The notes below the pieces were generated by a model that saw nothing but the letters and a program-made list of their open reading frames with translations, was not told the DNA's origin and did not search any database. Positions 54,440 through 64,000 of a stretch of 64,000 bases of DNA are shown piece by piece. Within the stretch, counting starts at the first letter, position 1. Every line of letters starts with the position of its first letter. Position numbers and translations under genes: made by a program. The stretch is from Balanoglossus misakiensis (Eukaryota > Animalia > Hemichordata): the NCBI GenBank assembly GCA_040954595.2, contig CM082591.2, forward strand, positions 1,649,745 to 1,713,744, given 5' to 3'.

Positions 54440-54496
54440 TTAACCCTTTCACCCCAATACCCTGTGTAGAGGTCCAAATTCTCCATAAGACAATAC
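54440..54496. mobile_element. Partial TTAA MITE-like copy
   Basis: TTAACCCTTTCACCCCAATACCCTGTGTAGAGGTCCAAATTCTCCATAAGACAAT. Confidence 0.65.
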
Positions 54497-56553
54497 ACCA
54501 ACCTTGGAAGATGACCACTGCATTTCACACAGACAAGTCAACAGTACATGTACATGCACCCATCCACACAGGTACATGTACACGAGAACTGAAGAGGTCG
54601 ACCAACAGAAGCCTCAGAGTCAAGACCACCCACTGACTGATTGCAACATTCATTCAACTGTCCCTTTAAATAGTACAGCCTTTCAGATGAAGCATTGCTA
54701 TTTAATTTGACACTTGGTCAAGCAAACGAGACCATACTGCAATGAAAACAGCACAAAATCACACAAGTGACACCCTCATTGTGTGTGTCTAATTTACTGT
54801 ACAATTTATGTCTCGGACATAAAATGACAAATGACAGAGGAGGTTAGGGGCTTAGCGAAACACACACCTGTTTTGAAAACAAGAAAGATAACCAAGTTGA
54901 TTTATCATAGAATGTCGTTTCTTGACTACGTGTGCTGGTATTAGTTACAAAGCACACCTGCGATAGTAAACTGGTTTATACCACAGTCTCTTTGTAATCC
55001 ACCATCTTACAGTTACACTTTACTGAATAAAAATAAATGGACCAATGAAAAACCTCTGTGTGAAATCTTACATGCTATATGACAACACAATATGCTTTAA
55101 GAAAATGAATTTATTAAATTTTGAGCAGATGTTAAACTTATGTGAAAGTCTATTATGTAACACAAGCAAGGCCAATAATAGACAAATATAGAAATACATG
55201 TACACACAGAATAACCAGTTTGCATAATACGTGTCTTGTGGTTGAAAAGGCTATTCAGTGTTCATTGTGTGAGAATGTATTGAAATGCCCAGGGTCTGAC
55301 CGACCACAATTACAACCTATTTTGTCTGTTGCTGTGTGTGTAAGAAAACAGACAGAGCTGACATTTGAGCAGACATGTCAGTCTTTGTCGAGGGGCTGTG
55401 GTTCACGATTATTTCTGACTGTAGATCTTGTCAGAGAGGTGATCTTATGAGAATCTTGAAAAATCTGCCTTAATTAAAAAAGAGATGTTCTGACTGCAAA
55501 ATTGTCCGTAATACATGTAACAAATTTCACACAGAAATGAAACATTAATTGATATAATTATGGCAGTTTAAACGACTATTAAATTGATCAGGCACATAAT
55601 TACCAGCCACTTGCCGTTTATTATATTTTCACAAGTATAGATACCATCTGATAATGATAGCACCATATCAATTACTGCATGGATGATCAGTTGGTTTAGA
55701 ATTACCTTCTGTTACCAACTCTATTGTAGTATGTTTGTGCCTCAAGGTTACGAGGGAATTGATACATCTATATGAATATCTGTTTTCCTTTTGTTATACA
55801 CCGATAAATTACCACACTGGTATGCCTGTGTTTACTGATACTGTCATCTGCCCACTGATTTATGACTTTTGATTTTTAAACCCAAATTCATCAAGAGAAC
55901 AATGATTTTACACCATGTGAAATACCAAGTGCCAGGCGAAATGCCAAGCTTTCACCTGGACAGCAGTTAAAGCATTTGATCCGTACGGATAAACGGAAGT
56001 GTGGAAATCTAGACAGGCAGTTAAAGTTACAGCAGACAGAAATATCCTTTTCATAAACCTCCTCTTTTTACACTGTAACATTTCACAGCCAACCATCTCC
56101 CTGTATCAAATACACCAGTCTAAGGTTATGCCTGCCTAGTGTACAAATGATATTTTGATGCATTGAAGTCCCAACGGACAACATATATCTCAATACATAT
56201 TGCTTGCCTAGCAAATTCAAGGATTTTCAGTCATTACATATACATCCTCTGTGAGCTACAGTCCCTGACCTTTGATATTTTGCATTTTCATCAACAGAAC
56301 TCCTAAGTTTGTAATTGAATAGGTCTTATCAATACTGCACATGGCTGTATGTACCGGTATATTCTGGGACCAAATTTATCATAGTTTAACAGACCAGAAT
56401 GTGTGACAGGCTCTGTGTGACTTGGGTGAAGGTCATAAATTTCAAGGATGTGTAAGACCACTGTGAGAGTATGTGGCATTGAGTGTCTTCAAATCAAACC
56501 ATGGAAAAACTGTGCTGGCCTAGTTAGGGCTTGTTATTTTGTACATGTACAGC

Positions 56554-56598
56554 TAGTCTGGTATCCATACCCCAGACTGGGGGATGGATACCAGGCTA
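56554..56598. repeat. Short near-perfect inverted repeat (MITE remnant-like hairpin)
   Basis: TAGTCTGGTATCCAT-ACCCCAGACTGGGGG-ATGGATACCAGGCTA; the 15-bp arms pair with one mismatch. Confidence 0.65.
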
Positions 56599-56888
56599 AT
56601 GTACACACACGATTGGATATCACCAGGTGCTAAGTGGTTGAACAGATCAGGATGAAAATGTCACTTCTAAACGGCCAAACCACCCGTCTGCCTCTCTCAT
56701 ATAGCACCCTTCCGGGCCAAAGAACGCCGTGGGCCGCTGGCATCCGGCAGACCAACGATGCGAACCACAGTGCTCTAGTGACAGTGTGTGAAGGCCTGAC
56801 CCTTCGATATGGGAGGCAAGCCCCTCCGGATTAACACGGACAACAGCTCTTATTTTACACATTTTAAAAGTAACAACCCACTTCTTAC

Positions 56889-57503
56889 CTTCGCCAACAA
56901 GTACTTGACCCCAGAGTTTACCAAACTCAGGCAGAAATGTAGAATTCAACGCTAAAAATCAGCCTTTTCGACCAGCGAAGTGAACGAGCGTATGAAACTA
57001 ACTTGGTGAGTCAAGTTTCAAGTCACGTGACTTTGTTGACATTGTTATTTACTTCCGGAGTACATGATTATGCAAGAGACACGTGTATTTTGCATGTTTT
57101 TACTTTTGTGTATAATTTACACCAAAACGCTTATTTTCGTTTCATCTTCTGTTCATATCACAACTTGAAAGTATTTTAAATCCGCTTGGCAAAGCATATG
57201 ACCGAAATTTCCGGTCGTGATTGAAACGAGGAAATATATATAATTATAATATAACGGTGTTGCTTAAATTAATTGTCACTGATGGAAGTGTTGTGAAATG
57301 GTAACTATATATAAATTATTAACCCGTGTTGTTTTCCCACGAGTTTCTAGGGTGTTTCAAAAGGTGTACACGTGTACATTTCATAACAACTTAGGGGTAC
57401 ATTTCACTGAATGCGCAAAATTGTTGCGCAGTGGTAGAAACACATGTGCGTCCCATACAGAACAGCTGATCGATAGTTTAGACGTACTCTGTCGATAACA
57501 GAA
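56889..57503. promoter_or_regulatory. Putative bidirectional promoter shared by liprin-beta and NAT10
   Basis: Minus-strand donor AAG|GTAAGA at 56889/56888 (candidate non-coding exon 1, matching an acceptor at about 52269); 14-bp palindrome AAGTCACGTGACTT at 57020-57033; ETS-type ACTTCCGG at 57051-57058; CpG-rich; NAT10 ATG at 57504. Confidence 0.62.
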
Positions 57504-60500
57504 ATGGTTAGGAAAAAGGTAGACAATCGTATTCGAGTTCTGATCGAAAATGGGGTCGCTACACGACAGAGGAGCATGTTTGTCATCGTTGGAGACAAGG
57601 GAAGAGACCAGGTATGGCTTCTTTGGGTAAAATTATTTTTTGGCGAAAATGATCACGACCATTGATGATGACTATTAAAACTCAACACAACATATGATGT
57701 TTTCCACCAGTAAACTTCATGACAGGGTTTGAAAATTATTTTCACCAGGTGGTTATTTTGCATCACATGCTCTCCAAATCTCAAGTGAAAGCCAGACCAT
57801 CTGTGTTGTGGTGCTACAAGAAGGAACTGGGCTTCAGCAGGTAAGACAAGCTGATAAAATGTTAACTCTTTCATCATTGTGGTTTGGTCCAAATCCATTG
57901 CTTTCCATGGTAAGTTGGACCTCTCCAAAGAGACATGGGGATGCAAGGGTCAACTGCTGATAACATACTTCAGTCATCTACTTGGTAAACAGTAGGAGCC
58001 AAACTGAACACACAGTTAATTTGATTTGGCAATCAATCCCAAATCAAATTTCAGTTGAATTGGCCATTTTCATAATCGTGTTCGTTTCTCTGTTTCAGCC
58101 ATCGGAAGAAAAGAATGCGACAGCTTCAAAAGAAAATAAAGAGCGGCACCCTTGACTTGAAGGAAGATGATCCCTTCGAACTGTTCATTGCAGCAACTAA
58201 CATCAGATACTGCTATTACTCAGAAACACACAAGATTCTCGGTAATACATACGGAATGTGTGTCCTACAGGTAAAGCAAAATCTGTACATTTAATCAATA
58301 AATTTTATTGATGCTTACTAAATTACAGATGTACTACAATAAATCCTGTCTAAATCACATGAATTATTCTGTAAGTATATTTTCTCTCCCATGATAGGAC
58401 TTTGAAGCAATGACGCCAAATCTTCTGGCCAGAACCATCGAGACAGTGGAAGGTGGAGGAAGTGTTGTCATTCTTTTACGTTCATTGGCGTCGTTGAAAC
58501 AGCTGTACACAATGACAATGGATGTCCATTCCAGATTCAGAACTGAGGCACACAAGGATGTCATTGGAAGATTCAACGAAAGGTCAGAGGACTTGCACAC
58601 AAAATGAATCATCTGATGTAAATACTTTTTATAGACGAAAAATCATCATTGATGCTGGCTTTGTTTGATTCACTCCAGGTTTCTGTTGTCCCTGGCATCC
58701 TGTAAAAACTGCATGGTGATCGACGACCAACTGAACATACTGCCGATATCATCACACTGTCTGTCAATCACACCAGTACCACCAAGGTCAAGGGTAAGTC
58801 AAGAACAATACAACAAAACTACCTAAACCGTACCCTGTCTAATAGGGAAACCTGTCTATTCTGAATAGTAAATATAGTAGATTATACAGACGAGTGGAAT
58901 TGTAAATAACATGCCAGATTCACTGTACTGTAATACAAGAATAACTATTGACATGGCAACGTGTATTTTGTTTTTATTTCTCAGGAAGAATCTCTGAGTG
59001 CCACAGAGTTGGAACTCAAAGAACTGAAAGAATCGTTGCAAGACACACAACCAGTGGGAGTCATTGTCAACTGCTGTAAGACCCTGGATCAGGTAAAATG
59101 TGATTGACAACTCAGTCTTCCCCTTGGTGTGACAGACATGACATGACATGACATGAAATAACTGCAAAAGATTTCACTAACACCTATCCTGACTTTTCTC
59201 TCAGGCCAAAGCTGTTCTCAAGTTTGTTGAAGCGATATCAGAGAAGACGCTTAGGAGTACTGTTGCCATGACAGCAGCCCGAGGAAGAGGAAAGTCTGCT
59301 GCTCTCGGTCTTGCCATGGCAACAGCTGTAGCTTTTAGGTGGGAAGTTTAGCTTTTTAATTCTCAAAAGCTTCCAAAATGTCTCAGATAGATTTTATTGA
59401 TCAACCATTGACAAACATTCAGAGTCAAGCATACAGGCACCATACCCTGATAATATGAATTAACTGTAGCATTTTCTTTCAGTTATTCAAATATTTTTGT
59501 GACGGCACCAAGTCCCGAAAACTTGCGGACACTTTTCGAGTTTATATTCAAAGGATTTGATGCTTTGGAGTACCAGGTATGATTCTGAAAAATAATCATG
59601 ATTATTTTCTGGTTTTCTTAATTATATCCTTGTGGAAATCATGATGTTATGTTTTCAGAGTCACTGTAAAATTCCTGTTTGAAACTGGCACATTCAATCT
59701 AAATCATAAAGACAATACATCATCAATTGTCTTATTACCACAGGAGCATCTAGACTATGAACTGGTGCAGTCCACAAATCCAGAATTCAATAAAGCAGTC
59801 GTGAGAGTCAATATATTCCGAGAGCACAGACAGACTATTCAGGTTAGTCAAACCATGGGACAGTGAACTGATTCAGTGTTTGGCGTTTTGTGTATAACCA
59901 CTGTTGTACAAACTCCTCCAGTAACGCACAGCAATGCAACAGTGGAAATGTTCTATGGCTCACACTATACTATTTTCAGATTCTCCTGAAAATTAAAATC
60001 TGTCACTTTTCCAACAACAGTACATACATCCAGCAGACGCACACAAACTAGGTCAAGCTGAACTTGTGATTATCGACGAGGCAGCTGCCATTCCACTACC
60101 ATTGGTGAAAAATCTTCTTGGTCCATATTTGGTCTTCATGTCATCAACTGTCAATGGGTGAGTGGAGGGTCATCATGGTTTGTGAACACCTAGATATAAT
60201 TACTTTCAAGTAAAAAGATCCATGACGAGAATAATGTCATGTGATCTAGGGAGGCGTGGTGTAACGTTTATTGCACAATATATCTGAAATGTTGACCATC
60301 CCGTTTCTACTCCAGATATGAAGGTACAGGTCGGTCGCTGTCGTTAAAACTGATACAGCAACTGAGGCAACAGAATTTGACATTCGGAAGTGGAAACACC
60401 ACAGAGGCCAAGGCAGCTGCTACCATGGCAACCAAATCAGAAGCGGGGTCTGCTGCATCAGGTGAGTTTTCACGGTTCAAGACCTGCGGTAGAGGGTGCT

Positions 60501-63500
60501 GTTTAGCCGATTATCACTGCACAACACAGACAGTTACATATTCAATTTTGAATTCCAGGGAGAATACTTCATGAGTTCACTCTGAAGGAGTCCATTCGAT
60601 ACGCCACTGGAGATGAAGTGGAGAAATGGTTGAATCATCTTCTCTGTCTGGATGTGTCGGATATTTCACGAATCACTTCCGGATGCCCACTTCCCGAGAA
60701 CTGTGATCTATATCCTTTATGTTTGCAGTTAATAATTTAAAAAATAGAATGCATTCCTTTGGATGTAAGATTATAATCACAACAGGGCTAATTTCATTCG
60801 GAATACTTCTCTCGAAGTATAGTCTTACGTCGAATAAAAAACACCCATATGCCAAGTACATGTGTTGATTGGTTTTCCTTGACAATCTCACGTATTATGT
60901 GAACAGAGACACATTGTTCAGCTATCACAAAGCCTCAGAAGTGTTTCTGCAGAGACTGATGTCCCTCTATGTGGCATCACATTATAAGGTAAGTTGGCAA
61001 GTAGGGATTTTACCAGAACTGAGAATGTGGCAAGAATGATCTATTTACTGATCTACTCTCTCTCTCCCTCCCCCCCCCCCCCCTCTCTCTCCCTCCCTCT
61101 CTCTCAATCGCTTGATGTCTATCTATTTTCCCTTTTGCAGAACACACCAAATGATATGCAGATGTTATCAGATGCACCAGCCCATCACCTGTTTTGTCTG
61201 TTGCCACCAGTCGACCCTTCCCAGAATTCCTTGCCAGAAGTACTCTGTGTCATTCAGGTTTGTTTAGAGGGGGAGATCTCTAAGAAATCCATCATCGACA
61301 GTCTTTCCAGAGGCAGAAGAGCATCCGGAGATCTGATTCCGTGGACCATATCCCAGCAGTTCCAGGATAATGAATTTCCCAGTTTGTCAGGAGTCAGAGT
61401 CGTCAGGATAGCCACACATCCGGATTATCAAGGGATGGGCTATGGAAGACGTGCGTTGACATTATTACAACATTACTACGAAGGCAAAATTCCCAGTCTC
61501 TCCGAATCTGCAGCAGGTGATCAAGATATTCATACAGTGGACACACAGGTCAGTGGTGTGGACTTTTATACACCCTATCACCCCTATTCTAGGTTGAATG
61601 GACTCTTCCATAATTTGAAATGTATCAGGGTACTCAACATTCTGATAATCTTTCTTCAGGATGTCTCCTTACTGGAAGAAGTGTTGGCCCCAAAGAAGAA
61701 CCTCCCCCCTCTACTGTCAAAACTGAGCGAAAGACCAGCTGAAAGATTGGACTACCTTGGTGTGTCGTATGGTCTAACAGCTGATCTTTTGAGGTTTTGG
61801 AAGAGAGCTGGTTATATACCTGTGTATCTTAGACAGACCCCAAATGACCTGACTGGGGAACACTCTTGCATCATGCTAAAACTTCTAAATGATGATGAAA
61901 AGGATGAAGGAGATTCTAATTGGCTGATGGCTTTCTGGAAAGGTATGGTACCCAGTTACTCGCCCGGTTCCATTGACAGGCTCACAAGGAATGTCCCACA
62001 CATAATACAAGTATGGCATGCTCATCAGAAGTTTTCTAAGAATACAACAAGCCTTTGAATTATTTGGTGTGTTCTGTGTACTTGACCAGTGATGAAGCAT
62101 TTTAGTCAACATAATCATCATTTCTTTCACTTGCAGATTTCCGGAAACGATTCACTTCCCTGTTGTCGTATCAGTTCAGCACGTTCAAACCATCATTGGC
62201 GCTCAGTATACTCCATAGCAAGAAATACAAAGCAGCCTCCCCAGGTCAGTGCCGATTATTACTGGAACTATATCTACAATTTTAATGCAAGGGCACCCTA
62301 TAGCAAACAAATAAACCTCATCTTTGAGATTTGAAATTCTCGGATTGTTTTGTGAATTAATCTCTGATTTTCCACAGGTCTAACCAGAACAGAACTGGAG
62401 GCGGAATTTTCTAAATACGACCTCCAAAGATTGGATCTGTATTCCAAGAACATGGTCGACCATCACCTTATCACCGATCTATTGCCGTCCATCTCCAAGC
62501 TGTTCTTTCTTCACAAATTGGATGTGCAACTGTCAGCAGTGCAGTCGGTGAGTCCAACTTTGAGTCAAAATCAAACTTATGCATATCACAGTTCACGGGA
62601 AACAGACAAGCTAATGTGGCTAGCACAGGAGATGGAGTATTTTTTGGTTTGTTGCCGACAAATCTGAAATACCACGCGTTGGTAAAAATGTCTTAGTGGC
62701 GTATTGGGGTGTTATTTTCATTTCAGGCGGTGATTCTTGGGTTGGGACTGCAGCATAAAACGGTGGACACTCTGGAAAAGGAACTGGATCTTCCAGTCAG
62801 CCAGCTGCTGGGATTGTACAACCGAGTCATTCGGAAAGTCTCCCAGTACCTGAACTCTGTCCTGGAAAGTGACCTGGAGAGGGCACTAGCAGCTGAGAAA
62901 CAGGTTGTCATGGAGCCCACCGCTAAGACCATGAACCAAGAACTGGTGAGTTGCTGTTCTTTGCAATCAGCATAGAGGTGATCGCAGATATGTTTCCTTG
63001 TAAAAATATGCAAATTGGGAGAAGGGCGAAATTTAGCAGGCTTATCAGCCATAGAAGTCTTGGCGCCTTGCTAAGGTTTTGTCGGGCTGTCATTTCTCAA
63101 ACTGACCTGTATTCTCGATGTTTCTTTTGCTACTACAGGAAGAGGCTGCAGCCGAAATCAAAGTCAAACAAAAGAAAGAATTGGAACAACTGAAGAATAT
63201 CGATCTCAGTCAGTGAGTATCGCAGTCACTTTTTTTCTAGATTTGAATCAAATTTTAGTTTTGCTATCACATTCAAAATGTTGCACATTGACCTCGGATT
63301 TTGTAGTGAATTTCAAGAGAGCACAGTCTTACCCAAAAATGTTTAGGACTTTGATTTTGAGGTGTATTGTACCTTTACAAAATCACTGAGTGATCTTGTG
63401 TTGTTTCAGGTATAAAATCAAAGGCGCGGACGAAGATTGGCAAGAAGCTCTGACCACTGGATCAGCTCAGGCTGTGGTCAGTGTCAAAAGGTAAAATCCA

Positions 63501-63685
63501 GTTCACTCTACCCACAAAAAATTCTTTAATATTAGCATCAAAGATGATTATTCTGAATGATTTTCTCTGTGATTTTTCTTTTCAGTTCAGCTGATGGCAC
63601 CAGTAAACGCAAGGGAGATGAGGACGGAAAGAAGAGAAAACAGAAACAGAAGAAATTCAAGAAAGCCAAATTCTCTAAATCATAG
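57504..63685 (+). CDS. NAT10: RNA cytidine acetyltransferase NAT10 (Kre33 ortholog), multi-exon
   Basis: Starts MVRKKVDNRIRVLIENGV; motifs SVLWCYKKELGFS, LQDFEAMTPNLLARTIETVEGGG, TAARGRGKSAALGL (Walker A), IIDEAAAIPLP, YEGTGRSLSLKL, RVVRIATHPDYQGMGYG (GNAT), YLRQTPNDLTGEHSCIM; Lys-rich C-terminus ending at TAG 63683-63685. Confidence 0.98.
57862..57953. mobile_element. TTAA MITE-like element in NAT10 intron 2
   Basis: TTAACTCTTTCATC...GGTTTGGTCCAAATCCATTG...AAGTTGGACCTCT...AAGGGTCAA, colinear with the 36703 copy. Confidence 0.72.
60710..60891 (+). other. U12-type (minor spliceosome) AT-AC intron in NAT10
   Basis: 5' site ATATCCTTT, branch point TTTCCTTGAC about 8 nt before the terminal AC; removal restores CDL-YYVNRDTLF in frame. 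Confidence 0.95.
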
Positions 63686-63702
63686 CATTCAGAACACGTG
63701 GT

Positions 63703-63783
63703 CCACCCCTGTTTCACTCTTTAGAGGTCCAACTGTACCATGAAAAACAATGGACTTGGACCAAACCATGGTGGTGGAAGGGT
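63703..63783. mobile_element. TTAA MITE-like element in the NAT10 3' UTR
   Basis: CCACCCCTGTTTC...GAGGTCCAACT...AACAATGGACTTGGACCAAACCATGGTGGTGGAAGGG, the reverse-complement homolog of the 36703 copy. Confidence 0.72.
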
Positions 63784-64000
63784 GTATTTATAGACAGTTC
63801 CAACTGGAAGTACCCATATTTTTGTGACTTCAGCATTTTACCATTTTTCCCCTATGAATATATGTTTGTAATATAGACTCACCTTAACTATATTTTGATG
63901 GCTGTCTTATTCTACTGTCTTTCTTACTCTACTGTCTTGATTTGTAAACTTGGGCTTTGGCAAAAAATGAAATGCCAAAATAATTTCCCTTGAAGTTGAT

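Noticed and set aside
57612-63585. SNORD13/U13 or other snoRNA hosted in NAT10 introns
   Set aside because: I found no ACCTTGTTACGAC-like 18S antisense element and no convincing C/D box pair with a terminal stem by eye; an Infernal/Rfam search would be needed to exclude it.

Overview
Eukaryotic genomic DNA from an animal, probably a marine invertebrate (short GT-AG introns, AT-rich intergenic DNA); the taxon cannot be fixed from this window. From left to right: (1) about 88 near-identical copies of an 87-bp satellite (1-7678), which ends at a perfect 20-bp palindrome and then continues as about 2 diverged inverted copies; (2) a minus-strand multi-exon KIAA1549/UPF0606-like type I membrane mucin (about 9242-33296) with signal peptide, very large S/T-rich exons, a roughly 155-unit 24-bp TTEPP repeat, a furin-split SEA-like domain, one TM helix and a long cytoplasmic tail; (3) a minus-strand liprin-beta gene (36807-52111, probable non-coding first exon near 56.9 kb); (4) plus-strand NAT10 (57504-63685), head-to-head with liprin-beta and containing a U12-type AT-AC intron. 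A roughly 90-bp TTAA-flanked MITE-like hairpin occurs about 8 times, twice just behind stop codons in the same sense. The long ORFs over the satellite and antisense to the mucin repeat are artefacts. I see no convincing wholly new biological system; the findings are structural oddities worth checking. Exon boundaries were read by eye and family calls rest on recalled sequence similarity, not a database search.
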